A stretch of 64,000 nt of DNA from Syncephalis fuscata S228 (taxonomy: Eukaryota > Fungi > Zoopagomycota): NCBI GenBank assembly GCA_025786725.1, contig JAHLTZ010000026.1, forward strand, positions 248,001-312,000, in the 5' to 3' direction. Positions 1 through 14,835 of the stretch are shown piece after piece (the first letter of the stretch is position 1; each line of letters opens with the position of its first letter). The translations under genes and the position numbers were made by a program. The notes beneath the pieces are model-generated. The model ran no database searches. It was not told where the DNA came from and saw nothing but the letters and a program-made list of their open reading frames with translations.

Positions 1-907
1 TTAGTGTCATTCAGTTATTCACTTTATTATAGCTAAATTGTAATAAATAGCAACTAACGAGAAATAAGATTAGTATAAAAAACAATATCAATCAATTAAT
101 ACATTGTATTCTAAAGGTTAAAAAGGCATTAGCAAGTAGCAAAGATTAGTAGTATGTAATAGCACCAAGATCTTTAACCAAAATTACAAATAATGTATTT
201 ACTGTTTCAATGATATAACTATCAGTATTTGATAGTGCAGATTTAGCACGCCAAAATCAAAATTTATTTGTAATGATTTGCTAACTAAATTAATCAACCA
301 ATTATATAGATAAATACGTTACTTTATACACAACAGCAAACATACATAATTGATATCTTAATAAACTGAATAATATAACTATTTTGAATATGTGTTTAAT
401 TCTACAGCATTTTTATTGTATTTCAGATACAGTTATAATACGATTCGCCATTAAAGAGACGCGCTATCATGAATATCATAGGATATTAATAGATAAGAGT
501 ATATGTATATGTGTGAGTGAATGGATAAATAAATGTGCGTGCTTGGCACACACAACAAATGCGACTGTGCTTCAGGTGCTGAAAGAAAAATGCCATTGGC
601 AAGAAATCTAGCTCAAATGAAAAGAACTAACTAAATGCGATGTGTTAATTATTAAATTGCTAGAATTAATTTTTGTTTCTGTTGTTGAAAAAAATAGAAT
701 AAAGCAGAAACAACATTAAAAACAGTCGCGAGGAATCGAAAGCGAAGAAAAATGAAAAGACTAGAGAGAGAGCAGAAAAACGAATATGCAAATGATTTGA
801 AAAAACAAGAAATTTCTAAAGTCTATTCAGTCATCCACCTCACACACTAATGACAGCATCAATATTATGCAAAATACCAAGAAAATAAAAAAGTATAAAA
901 GAAAAGA

Positions 908-3571
908 TTAAATCATGCTTGATGATGATAATGATGAGGGTGGTATTGTTGTAGCTTGGTTGGTTGAGACAGTTAAGCCTACGCTGGTGGGCACGGAATA
1001 GCCAGTTAGATGACTGCTTAGCCCGCCGGTGGCATGCAGTTTCGATGGACGGCCTACTCCAAATGGATTCGTGGCCACGGCTTGGCCAATTAACTCGGAC
1101 GGATTTAATGGGTGCTGGCCTAGTTCTGTAGCCAGTGCCATTGTGTTAGTAGTCATAGGGCCGGTAACGGCGTTGTTAGAAAATCTATAGGCCATTCCAG
1201 CTGGGATGGAGTAAGCCATGCCGCCGTTTGGCATAGCTGTGTTGCCTCGAGACATCACGTTTGTATTGACGATAGGCGTGGTCGATAGTGATCGATTCGG
1301 CATATAAGCTAATCCGCCTATCGGGCCATTAGGCAAAAAAGATGCAGCCATTGACGATGTTGATGGTATAGATAAGGAACCTGAGGCCAAGGTTGATGAG
1401 GTAGCCCAATAGGACTGTGCTGCCGCTGCTGCCGCTGCCGCTGCTGTGATGGTGTCATTAATCATGGTGGTGGGACGACCTTGAAATGCTACCAAAGGCT
1501 GAATTGGCTTATAAGGCATTGATGTCATTGTTGGCTGAGCTTGCATGTTGGTAGGCAATGTATACATACGCTGAGATGGAGCCTGAACCATTGGCATAAC
1601 AAATGGATAGGTAGTAGCGGTAGCCAACTCTGCCGATGGGCCTGCTTGTAATCCAATGTTGCCAGATGAATGCAGTGGCGTAGGTGTTCTTAATTGCATT
1701 GAGGTAGGACTGGCCTCTTCGCTTGGTAGACGCTCATTGCTTACAAGCAAATCGCCCAACAACTCGTGTGTTCGCTCGTGCTTACGGAGTGAACGGGAGT
1801 GATAGTAAGATTTGCCGCATTGGCTGTATCGACAATGGAATGGGCGAATGTTACTATGCGTTTTCACGTGGGTAGCCAACGAGTCAGGACGCGAAAACCG
1901 CTTGCCGCAGTTATCGATAGTGCACTGGTAGGGACGTTCGCCAGTGTGTGTACGTAGATGGTTGTGCATCTTGTGGCGTTTTGTAAATGGCCGTTCACCA
2001 CGTGTACATCCTTCCCATTGGCAAGAATAGCCAGGCTAGGATGTTGGTAAGTAATTGATGTTATAATTTGTCATTTATTCCATTTACCTTGCCACTGCCA
2101 ATGTGGATTTGTCCTACGTGCTGGATAAGATCCTCAAGTGATCCAAACACCTTGTAGCAGTTGTACCATCGACAAGTGCAACGACCGGTAGAGATAGCCT
2201 CAGCATCAGAGCGTTCTGTATGTCCTCGCGGAATAGCGAACGAATAAGGCAAGTCGATATCACCTGATGTAGGCGTGTCTAACCGCACCATGAAGATTAG
2301 AATAGTTACACATGAATTCATTCAATTTTACTTACTCTCTTCTCCGCCGATAGTGTACTCATTTCCATTGGACGAGTCTTTCATAAGTTTTGATGTAATG
2401 ACTCGTAGGGGCATGTTTGTATTGCTACCGATAGGCGATACTGATCGAGTATTCAATGCCGGAACATAGGAAGAAGAGGACTGGTCCAGTTGGCTCATTT
2501 GTTGAAGTAGTGCATTCTGGAGTGAAGCTGCTGCCGCTGCCGCTGCCGATGCGGATGTTGCTGCAGCTGAGACAGCAGTATGTCCTGCAGATGCTATATT
2601 GTTTGTAACAAATGAAGAAAATTAAAAATTAAACCTATTATTAGCTATTATTGATACATGAGTACATATTTTGTAATAATTACCATTTGACCATTGACGC
2701 TGGTGGAGTGACAATGGCGAAGATAAGCTTTCATTGGTCATCTATTAGTTGGGGAAAAAAGAAAAATACAAATTAGTAAAAATAAACAAATATTAAATTT
2801 TCATTGATTGATTAATTAATTAATGAAAGTGCAATTTAATAATTGTATTGATAAAGTAAAACTTACCTGTGCAAAAGCAGTTGAGCTTACAGCAGTACTG
2901 CCGTTGGGTAACCCGTTTAATACATCGGTGGATAGACGTAAAACGTCAGCAGGACTGGAGAGCATGCTATTAAGCGTTTCAATGGGCGATGAGGCTGATG
3001 AATCATGGAAATTAACACCGGCTGCTGCGGCAAATGCTGCATTAGAGAATAGCATGTTTTGTGCCGCTGTCGTGGCAGGAGCGCTAACACACGGATTCGT
3101 TGCAGCCTGGGTAGTGGGCATGGTGTTGAGTGAAACCTTGGCGGCAGTATTTGAAGTAAACATATAGGATGTTGGCTCGTGTGGGCTTGTCACCGAATTT
3201 ATAGGCATGGATAGATTATTCATTGCCGCTACTGCCGCTGCTGCCGCCGCATATACCTGTTGTTGTTCTTGCATCTCGGGCGACATGCGAATCTGTGGCA
3301 GTGGAGTTGCGATGGTTCCATTACCCAGCATCGCCTTTGCCATTTGTGCCACGGCAACTTGGTTTGCCAAATCGGTAACTGGATCGACTGAAGTCGTTGT
3401 TGCGATTGAGCTCATTAGTGCGGTGGTCTGTGCATTACTTGACGCAGATAACGAATTTTCGACGTTAGTAATATCCAAGAACGAAGATGTGTTCATCGCT
3501 GATGTTGATGTGTCCATAACGGTCGTGGTGTCAAAAGGTAATAATTTGGATACGACAATACTTTCAGGCAT
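908..3571 (-). CDS. C2H2 zinc-finger transcription factor, GLI/ZIC/GLIS-type (4 fingers), multi-exon
   Basis: Spliced ORFs give CRWYNC..H..H / CQWEGC..RPFTKRHKMHNHLRTHTGERPYQC..CGKRFSRPDSLATHVKTH..C..CGKSYYHSRSLRKHERTH. Tandem CxW..C fingers are the GLI/ZIC hallmark. Flanks are Ala/Ser/Met-rich low complexity. GT-AG introns near 2866-2753, 2683-2594 and 2086-2036. Confidence 0.85.
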
Positions 3572-6500
3572 AATATTGCGAACGGTAAAAGTTCGCGTTT
3601 ATGTGTGAAACGAAGGGAAAGCTATACAAGGCAAGTTACTTGCCGTGGTATAGGCCTGAGCGTGCAAGACCTTTAGCTAATTAACTAAAGTTAAAAATGG
3701 CTCACAACCAATAATGGCAAGTAAAGCGTTGTTTCAAATAATAGAAAATAAACCAATTCAGTGTAGAGGTAGCTGTAATAACAAGATGCAAACGCAAATA
3801 AAAGTTGCGACTTGATTAGTCAGTTCTAAATGTCAGCCTGTTTAGTGGCTTTGAAATAGGCCGATGGCAATAATTGCTGATGACCTGTATACTCGACCAC
3901 AATATCAAGTTGATAAAAGATACAGTAAATGAACCTATAAACATGGTGTGTAAATAACAAATGGCAATTAAATAAACTGAAACAGGCTAATAAGAAGGCG
4001 AAACACTTACTGTGGCCAGCTAACTTGGCGATATAGTAATTGGATAGTCAATAATGGTTGGCAAGTTTCTGATCAAGTATCGAGAATAGGAGTAAAACTA
4101 TCGACTACGTCGAACGGTTCTGCACGCTACTTGTATATGGCAGTAGAGCCAGTTTATAGTGCGGAGAAGGATGTTTTAATTTTCGATACACAGAATGGTG
4201 TATTCACAAGCAACAATGAACTTGTATTGTTGCAGTTGTAGCTGTTTGTTGCTGCTGTCGTGTGGTGGCTGATGGCTGCAGGGAAACAAGTATGTTTCAC
4301 AAAAGCGCTAAATGGCGACAACAGAACCTGATATAATTCAGCTAAACAAGAAAAACAACCGACTGAAGACGCGACCGGGCGTTTCTTGAAAAAAGCGGTC
4401 GTTGTTTGTTCTGTTTATAGAGCAGACTAGAATAAGGAAAGAAATAGTTGGTTGGTTAGTGGTGGTGGTGGTGGCACAGAGCAGCAGGTAAGAATGAACG
4501 TAAGTCTGCGTTAATAAGTTAGAACTGAATACGCGTGCAGAAACGTTGTTGTTTAGCGCCGACTCTTTGACAAGAAAAAGTAAATAGTTAAGCAAGAGCG
4601 TAGATAGTGTCGCCCGTTTGGAAAAAGGTGTAGTTAGAACAAGCAAGTGAATGAGCAAGCAAGCAAGCGAGCCAGTCGCAAAACAACAGGTGAGTGAAAG
4701 GTGGTAATAGAGGCAAACACCACGCCTCAAGACACAAGTAATAATAGTACGCAGAAAGGTGGGCACAGAAATTGCTAATGACAACTCATTCAGTGAAACT
4801 ACGATGACAATGGGCAATGAGTTTGTGTAGCAAAGTAAAATGAAGTCAATTGTATATGTTGCGAAATGGCAAAAGTAGAAACTCCTAAACAGTGCGACGA
4901 GCGGAGTTTAGGTAGTAGAAAATAAAAGTTGTGTAAATCGCGAATACGAAAATAGCAATGGAGAAATGAATTTAACGCTGGTTCGACCGTTTTTGTTTAA
5001 GTAGTTAATTTGGTAATAGTGGCGACCCGAATAATTAACTTACAGCACGCAAATAGCAACGGAATTAAGGGAGGAAAGACAATAAAGAGTAGGGGACGAT
5101 GGGACAATGAATACGAAGAAACATTCGCACAAACGATGATACTTAAAAATATAGACGATATTAAAATAGTTGACCAAAATAGGGGTAGCGACTGCTTCAG
5201 AAACAAATGGCTCGACGGCAAAAGCCAGCCGACGTAAGAAAGATTATATGACGCTAGAGTTATCGGGTAGAGGCCCCTCAAACATTCAAGCTAACGCGAT
5301 GGTAAGTTGAGGGCAGTGTCAAGTAGCCGCTGGTTAGATAACCATCTACACATACTAACTGCAGAAAATGCAAGAGAATCATCGATCGGACTTTGAGGCT
5401 GGCCTTGTATTGGCGTTTGTAATTGACGGGCTGTTTCCAATCAATAATCAAGTTCAACGTTTTGTTTAAAGCCAAGGTGTGTACAACCAATCAATAAATC
5501 AACAAAGAAAACATCGTCGCAAGCAAGGCGTCCATCGGCAATAATAATCTCACGTGTTAAATATAAATGTACGTAAAAAATATAAGCGATAGAGCGCGTT
5601 GTTATACTTCAACCGTAAAATGAAACGGAGCCATTGGAATGTAACATAGATGTAATTATTTTGGAAAAAACACCATTGACAAATAAAACATTATTTCCCT
5701 CTTTACCGTTTCAAATATAACGCGCCCAATAGCCGCATCTCACGTGGATAAATACTCTATTAATGGCTGTGACCCAAGTCTCGTGCGCCATAAAAACAGG
5801 TTCAACATCGACTCAATTCACCACACGAGTTTAGTCGAAGGTGGTGGTTGGCACATTTCTTTTTCTTTTACAATAAAAACAAGTACGCGGGGCTGGCAAC
5901 GGGGAACACTATCTTACTTTAACACGAGTATGATGGCCGAGGAATAGCCACTTCGTGCAAGAAGAAACGCGACATCGTGAACAAAAGCTGAGGCGAGACA
6001 CAGCATCCTTTGTGCTCCTCACACGCTTAGTATCAGCTTGAATAACAATCAGATAGCAAGAGATTGCCATCAATCAACAATGAATCCATAATAGCAACTT
6101 GTTTTACAGATCACGTTATACTTACATGGTAATAGATTCTACCGAATCCAGTAAAAATATGACACAGCGTCTCAGTTGAGATAAATACAGCCAATGTTTT
6201 ACTTAAGCGTGTTTGGTGCAAGTTACAACGGGCGAAGCACTGTATTAACACTATACCTAATAAGAATAACATTAATAAAAACATTATTAGCACATGCACT
6301 ATTAGTATTGATTAGCGGAACGGCAAAAGCACATGCAATATTCTCCAAAAAAATAACATAAATATCACAGATAATACAGTGTTACAAACATTACTAATAT
6401 TCGCTTACAATAATTGTGTTTTTTTTGGTAAAGTTTTAGAATTTAAAGCCGAACTGTGCCGAAAGTAATAAAATGAGGAGAAATAATCACAAGGATAATT

Positions 6501-9500
6501 GAGCTCAAAACCGAGCCAATCGTGGCCAATGGAAAGTAATGATAATGGTGATGATAATGAGGAGGAGGATGGTGGTAGTGGTGGTAATGGCAAACATGCA
6601 GCTCATGTAGAAATGATAAAAAAGGTTCAAGACAACATTGACTCGATGGTTGGCGTGCAAGGCAAAGTGAAAGCCAAGTAGCACGCGCACGCGTGTGATG
6701 GACGCCGCAGAACATAGTGACCAAGGAGTAGGCAGGGGCAAAAAACGCTCTCAAGAATGTAATCAGCAATATGATGTAGCATCGTGGATGCTAATATTGT
6801 TGTCAATAATCTCGCTAGATATGACGACAATATAAATCTATCGATAGACGCGCGCCCTGTATAGATCTAACTACACTAGCGGAGCGCAAAACTCGGCTAA
6901 ACCAAAAAGGGGCAAGGAGAATAAGTGTAAGGAAGGCAACGGCAAGCTAGTGACGTCATTACAATAATAATATACTTATTGGAAGTAATGTAAAGCTAGC
7001 TAACAACCAAACATTACGTACATAAGACGTACATGTATTTATATAGCTAGCGATTTGAGTGGATACACTATTCCATAGCAAAGCAACTGCTCTAATAACA
7101 TAAACAAATCAGACGATTTTGTATGTGTTTGCATGATTTGTAATTATCCAGAAAAAGCCGTTTCCATCAAGATTGTTCAAGGTAGGGGGTAATAGTAACA
7201 AGGCCAACTTCATTATTAATAAGATAAATGGCCCGGGGCATGCGCGATTATAAAGACATAAAGTCAAAGATCGCCGAATAACATTAAATGATAAGATATG
7301 TAAACAAATTTACATAATAAATTGGTATCGATTTGATATTTGCACATTTGCAAAATTTCAAGTTCAACAAATACTATGTATCTACGTATTTATCCATATA
7401 CACGAATATACGCACACATAACACACATACACACCACACATATGCACATGCACATAAATGTACATGTTTGTAAATATACCTGCACACATTATAATGCCAA
7501 TTGAACACCATATTACCCGCTAAGATATAGTGAAAACCCTCCAAGTTATATTTGCAATTTAGCACCTACCGGGTTTGTTGTATTTATATATATATTTATA
7601 TTTATATAGCTAATAATTGAAGACTACGAAAATAACAGACTATAGACAAAGTAAATATTTAAAATATAATAGCAAGGTTAGTAAATCACAGCGCTAGATG
7701 CAACAAAAAATCACAATGGCTGTTTGTTTGTTTGCCCAGCAAAAAAACAAAATGTTTGATATCGGCGAATAGCAAACGAGAAAATGGGCAGTCGAGAAAG
7801 GAAGCTTAAAATGAACAATGCAATACAAAGCAACAAATTAAATTGACCTTGTAAATAGATGTACTTAATAGCACTAAAATGAAATAGAAACTAGATTTAA
7901 ACGAGCAGACAGCAGAGATGCGCAGCTTATTTGCTGTGAAATAAATAAAATAATTCTGAACACACTAAGTGGAAGGAATTGGTGGTTAAGTAGTGGTGTG
8001 TCTGATGCGTGAATTAGAAGCGTGACCCACTAACTTGCTTCACACTCTACGGGTGTACAAACAGCAAAGGAAGCCAAGACAGATCAGGAAGATGGAAGTG
8101 GACAGTGCTGCCACACCCATACGTATTGACCATCTCGGAGAATATGCCTGTTGGCTAGTTATCTGTAAAAGGAATGGCACAAGCAAACACGAAATTGTAT
8201 GGCTTAACAAAAAAGGAACCATTTGCAATGTCCGTGGTCTAGACAGCCAACGTGGAAAATAACCGATGAAAAGGGAAGTATCGTTATAGGAAGGAGGGAT
8301 ACCGAAGGAAAAACAATAAGCCAGCCAGTGTCTACTGCGCTTAAAAGACCCCTGTTTGCTTTACGGCTCGGACCGCCGCAATAATGAAAAGTGTTTGCGG
8401 GTGTCCGAACAATCAGCTTACCTAGAAATTAAACGAAATAAGTGGATAGCCAATATGCAGTTAAAGAATAAAAAACGGAAGAGATGGAAGCAATTGGCCA
8501 AGAAAGCAATGCCCAGCAATCAATGCATGTTTCATTTTTGGCGTCAACTCCTACATAGGTATGTGATTGCCACTACTCCTCATTTGATGCATGGATAATA
8601 TTCAAACAAGCCATATGGTATTTTCAAATTGCACCAAACGTATAGCCAGGAGCATTGTCGTATGAAACAAAGATCGGGTCCAAGCTCGCACGTGTCGTAT
8701 GCATGGCTACTATACACACCGTTAATACTTTACTGTAGTTTTTTGTAATATTGATAAGGCGACAAAAGACATAGCAAACGCGCCTCTGTACGTGCCAATG
8801 CGAGGTGGTACAGTCAATTTAAAATCTTATGATTTCGGTTGAACTAAATACAGCAGTTCACGTTTGCTTTAAAATTCCGTAAAATATTATATTATTAGAA
8901 TGAATAGTTATTTTTGGGTAATGCAATCGTCGTTGCATGACCATGTGGTTAATTTGTGGCACTCTTTATTTACAACAAAGACCTGATAGCACGCAGTTTG
9001 AGCCACGAAAATAATTTTGTTTTAGTTCAGAAAAGGACTTTTTGCCTACTGGCCGAGTAATTCAAGCCACTTTAGTTCCTATAGTGGCATATGACGTCAA
9101 TTGTTACCTACTTACTACAACTGCATAATCAATTATTGGCTAATTTAACTCTTTGTTTGTGTCGGAAATTTAATTATTCGAGTGTACGAAATGGGATGAT
9201 TAAAAGATAAGCGTCATAATCTGTGTACTATTTTGTCTAATCCTGGCGAAAAAAAACCAACTTTCTAAAGATAACTTTACCGAATTGTATTGCATTTCGT
9301 GCAAGCAAGTTTGCAAATCTTCCATCTCGCTAGGCTGCCCCCAACTTTACATTACAAGGCCAGCCGGTCGGTTGTACAGGTGTAGTGTGACCAGCATTGT
9401 TGATGTACGTCGACAAAAGTGAACGCAAAATACTAAGAGTGGCTCTGCCGCCAAAACGGGAAAGTCCAACGCTAGAAATCAGTCATGTTGTGTTGCAATG

Positions 9501-9826
9501 AACACAATAGGAGCTGGGGTACTCTTTTCACACATGGCATGGACTAATGGCATGGACTAATGACACGAATACTATCAGCGTGCATTGCCATAATCGTACT
9601 ACGACACGGCCATTGGCAACAGTTAGTATTCAATGGGCTGTACGAATAACAATGGAATATGCAATAAAACAATTGTAAAAGACATTTTTTGCAAAATAGT
9701 TAGGCAATAGCTATATTAACAACTTGTTTTATAATAAAACAACAGCATAATAACCATAATAAAAAATTAATAACTCATAAAACGATATAATACATAGAAT
9801 AATAGCAGTAATAGTTGTGATTTTTA

Positions 9827-11338
9827 TTAAATATTTAACAAGATTTTTTCGCTGTCATTCATAGTTCCATCTAGACGATGCTGCAACAATCCTTCTGGTA
9901 ATGCTGCAGTGTCACTGCTAAGTACACTTTTGCTAATAGATATACGTAGCGGATCTACCAATTGAGCACTTGGTGGTAGTGCGTGGCGTACAAATTCAAG
10001 GCATACTTGATTATTGAGCGCAAGTGCTTTTACAGGGTCGCATTTTTCTTTAAAAAATGGGACATATTGTAATACATGATTCAATATGACGGGAAAGTCG
10101 CTTTGATTCTGATGTCCTGATTCACGTACAGTAAACAGCCATGATGGTCCATATTGTCCCGACCTTATTGTTCTTGCATTGTCGGTAGTTTGCTCTTGTT
10201 GTTTACCATTCCATAGTATCATTTGTTCTCGAAGTGGTTTAAAATTTTCATTCCAAATAGTAAACGCTTGTGAATTGATGGCTAATATTGGTGGCGGTGT
10301 TGGTTTATGTATGTTATTCGCGTTGTTTTCAGTGGCATCAGTATCTTTTGATACTGCCAACATCCATGCATCTAATGCAATACCACAGCAATATGGTGTT
10401 CCTGGTTCACGCAATGCCTCAATAGTTGTTGCTGCTCCAAAGCTGTGACCTGCCATTACTGCTCTGCTCAAATCAAGCCGACCTTTTAGCTGTGCTTGGC
10501 TAAAGCGTTTAGGCGTCGTATTATCTGTCTTATTCGACGTATTTTGCTCCAAACAATTATCGATTGCATTGCCTGCGTTCAATCGCTCCAATAGCTCCCA
10601 TGCACAATGTATCTCGCCTAGTCGGTGGTGTATTTGACTACGACGAAGACGATATTCATTTTCATCTTCTTTTGGTCGACGATACGGCAGTGTGCGTTTA
10701 CCGTTGTCAAGCGACGTAACCGATGCTGTGCCGTCACGATGTTCAATAGCACACACTACAAAGCCATGCGATGCAAGTTCACCACAAATACCGCTGTAAG
10801 TTGTACGACAGCCGCCTAGTCCATGCGAAAACATAACTACTGGAAATTGACCGGCATCGGGCTGTGTTGATGTCGATTCTGGTAAATGCGTGGCCACCAA
10901 TGCATCGCTGTAAGCTGACATTTTTGTAAATAACACCATTGTAGCTGCCAATGGTGTCGACAACAATCGTGGTAAACGAGCAAAATCGCCATATCCTAAT
11001 TGTATTTACAATTACAGCATTAGCTTAAACTACTAACATTCTACCAAAATATCAATACCTTGCCCGTATATAAACGCTGGTGGTGGCAACCATGCCGCTT
11101 TTTGTTCATCGCCGATAAGTTTAGCTGGATAATATAAGCGTACCAGTACTGGCTCTTGCTCTGCAACAAGCTCTACAATCGCGTCATTTGAATTTGTGGC
11201 CGTTTCAACGCTAGTCATGGAAGTGCCACGATAACTGCGACCACTGCCACCATGCCATTCAATATCATGGCAACCAACTTCATATGGTCCGGTGTATTTT
11301 GGCAAGGTTACAAATAAATTAAAATATTTCAATATCAT
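9827..11338 (-). CDS. PAF-acetylhydrolase (PAF-AH II / group VII PLA2 family) alpha/beta hydrolase, copy 1, intact, 2 exons
   Basis: LPKYTGPYEVG, FPVVMFSHGLGG, ELASHGFVV, EHRDGTA, GHSFGAAT (nucleophile Ser), ALDAW (Asp), HQNQSD (His). One intron at ~10996-11058. Confidence 0.9.
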
Positions 11339-12644
11339 ATCTAATATAAAAAGATCGCAAACAAAGGTAATTGACAAATATATATTCAGGGAAAATGAAA
11401 ACAGTATAGTTGGGAGTGCGGAACTATTGTACGTAATTCCTTGTTTTTATTTACTTATTTCATCCCTTTTTCTTAATACTTTTAGACACAATTAAACACT
11501 CATTCATCACTATAACATGTATAATATTACATTCAACATTAATCAATTCATGTATAATTAGCAATAAAGTAATTTAATTAATTATTTAGCTTTATTACTG
11601 CTTTAATATATATATATATTGCCATTATAATATTAATTATTTAAAATGCCATTTATTTAATCAGATTGACTATAGGAAAATTGGCCGTTTAATAAACGAC
11701 TTTTATAATAATTATATTAATGTTGATCTTACATCACAAATATGCTCAAAATCAATAGTAGAATATTAGAAAATAGAAAAGGCTATTTAGATGCAATAAT
11801 CCATACTGTACGTAGATGCAACAACAACAAATGCGGAATGACATGGAATCAATTATATGGCTTATATTAATATTCAATCAATCTTTCTACACATGGTTAA
11901 CAGCAACAATGATAGGTTTTATGAGTTTCAAAAAAATTAAATAGTATGTTACATTATTTATTTAAAGCAATTTATTAACAACATTTTAATAGGAGGCAAT
12001 ATAACCATGTTTTATTATGCATAATAATATGCCTTCCGTTGGAACGAGCCTTGCTTGAGGACTTAAAATGTAGGAATCAAAATACAATTTAGCTAGGAAT
12101 GCTTTATGAATAAATATGAGTAGGATTTATTTCATTAAAAAACTGGAACAGCTATGTTAATGCACCAAAATCAATTGTTACACTCTGAAATAATTGTCAT
12201 TGTTCTTAATACAGTAATAAAAATTCATTAAATTAAAAAATATATATTCAGTCATAATAAAATATGATGATTAACACCAGTTTTAAATATATATATTCAG
12301 TCATCGATATGATTGATATAAATATGCTGTATTCATTTATTGTAATTGTTTTTTAAACTTTGTTAATCATGTATCGTGATTTTTATAAGCTGCATGTAAT
12401 AGCATTTAGATGGAAACGGCACAAAACAATAGTATCTCTAAATTGTTAGTGCTCAAAAATAGTAAAATTCATGACTTTACTACTCATTAGTTTGTCTATT
12501 TCAATTAAAAAAAGTAAAGTTTAGTTGCTCTTGTGGTGTAAAAATGTTCATATCAATTAGTGGTAATGAAACATGTTCTAAACTAAATGAATATTAATTT
12601 TATTTTAAAGCAAAAATATATGAACGATTAAACATGCGCACAAA

Positions 12645-14423
12645 CTAAGATGATGCAGCTGTAGATAGTTGAGGTGACATAGCCGGTTCAGGATCTACAG
12701 TTGATGCATCCGCTGCATCTGTAGATTGCTGTTCTGCAAACAACATTTCTTCTTCTTCTTCGCTATATGTGCCATCTAATCTGTGCAGCAGTAAAGAGTA
12801 TGGACGCAGTGATGCATTATCCGTAAATAACTTATTGTTTGCAAATATACGTAGTGGATCGTCTTTTTTGTTACCAAGTGGTAAATTTTGTCGTATAAAT
12901 TCAAGACAAACTTGGTTGTTCAACACAAGTGCTTCTACAGGATCGCATTTTCCTCCAAAATTTGGAACACGGCGAGTTAAAAAGTCAAATATAATTGGAA
13001 AGTCGCTTTGATTCTGATGTCCTGATTCACGTACAGTAAACAGCCATGATGGTCCATATTGTCCCGACCTTATTGTTCTTGCATTGTCGGTAGTTTGCTC
13101 TTGTTGTTTACCATTCCATAGTATCATTTGTTCTCGAAGTGGTTTAAAATTTTCATTCCAAATAGTAAACGCTTGTGAATTGATGGCTATATTGGTGGCG
13201 GTGTTGGTTTATGTATGTTATTCGCGTTGTTTTCAGTGGCATCAGTATCTTTTGATACTGCCAACATCCATGCATCTAATGCAATACCACAGCAATATGG
13301 TGTTCCTGGTTCACGCAATGCCTCAATAGTTGTTGCTGCTCCAAAGCTGTGACCTGCCATTACTGCTCTGCTCAAATCAAGCCGACCTTTTAGCTGTGCT
13401 TGGCTAAAGCGTTTAGGCGTCGTATTATCTGTCTTATTCGACGTATTTTGCTCCAAACAATTATCGATTGCATTGCCTGCGTTCAATCGCTCCAATAGCT
13501 CCCATGCACAATGTATCTCGCCTAGTCGGTGGTGTATTTGACTACGACGAAGACGTATTCATTTTCATCTTCTTTTGGTCGACGATACGGCAGTGTGCGT
13601 TTACCGTTGTCAAGCGATGTAACCGATGCTGTGCCGTCACGATGTTCAATAGCACACACTACAAAGCCATGCGATGCAAGTTCACCACAAATACCGCTGT
13701 AAGTTGTACGACAGCCGCCTAGTCCATGCGAAAACATAACTACTGGAAATTGACCGGCATCGGGCTGTGTTGATGTCGATTCTGGTAAATGGTGGCCACC
13801 AATGCATCGCTGTAAGCTGACATTTTTGTAAATAACACCATTGTAGCTGCCAATGGTGTCGACAACAATCGTGGTAAACGAGCAAAATCGCCATATCCTA
13901 ATTGTATTTACAATTACAGCATTAGCTTAAACTACTAACATTCTACCAAAATATCAATACCTTGCCCGTATATAAACGCTGGTGGTGGCAACCATGCCGC
14001 TTTTTGTTTTTCACCATCAAGCCTAGCTGGATAATATAAGCGTACCAGTACTGGCTCTTGCTCTGCAACAAGCTCTACATTTGCATCATTTGAATTTGTG
14101 GCCGTTTCAACGCTAGTCATGGAAGTGCCACGATAACTACGACCACTACCACCATGCCATTCAATATCATGGCAACCAACTTCATATGGTCCGGTGTATT
14201 TTGGTAGTTTTGAAAATACGCTGAAGTGTGACGTTAGTCGGCTACGCCAACTGCGAGTATATGTTTTATTTTCATCCTCTACTTTTTCTTCATATACAGT
14301 TTCCTCAGTTTGGGTTATCACATCATTGTCCGAGGTCTGCGCACATGTGTCAATAGCACTTATTTCGGGCGAGGCAGTAGCTGAGACAGGTGACGCTGGA
14401 TGAGAAGTGTTTTGATCACCCAT
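12645..14423 (-). CDS. PAF-acetylhydrolase copy 2, with three 1-nt deletions relative to copy 1 (consensus errors or a young pseudogene)
   Basis: Core nearly identical to copy 1. Bases missing at ~13791, ~13555 and ~13188 break the frame. Has a unique acidic N-terminal extension (MGDQNTSH...) and a unique C-terminus. Confidence 0.8.
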
Positions 14424-14835
14424 ATTCGTATAAAGCAGCAACAATTGATATAAAAAGTTCAAAAAGATTGAGATTACGTTTCTAGGCACAATTTTAAAGA
14501 AAATAAGTAAGATTTATAAATATACACTCGGCGAGAAAATGGCCGAAATCCGGTTTTACATGAGTATTAGTCATGGGTAACACTGCTTTTATTGTGATCA
14601 GTTTTAAATTTAGAATTATTATGACGAGTTGTTTAACTGCAAAACAAATAATGTGCATGCGAATATCTGTGAAACAATTATAGAACAATTAAAATTGTGT
14701 GATAATAGACAACTGTTGCATTAGCAAATCGCCGTCTTTGAGTAAATATAATGCTGAATGGCTATCATTATCATCACGATCACTATCGTTGTCACATGTT
14801 AACGGCTTGTCCATTCTAAAACGTATAAAAACATC

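Noticed and set aside
4338-8598. Short ORFs of 60-159 aa in the upstream desert
   Set aside because: Mostly non-ATG starts, compositionally biased, with no recognisable motifs or splice structure.
9534-9563. 13-bp direct duplication ATGGCATGGACTA
   Set aside because: Simple slippage duplication with no associated element.
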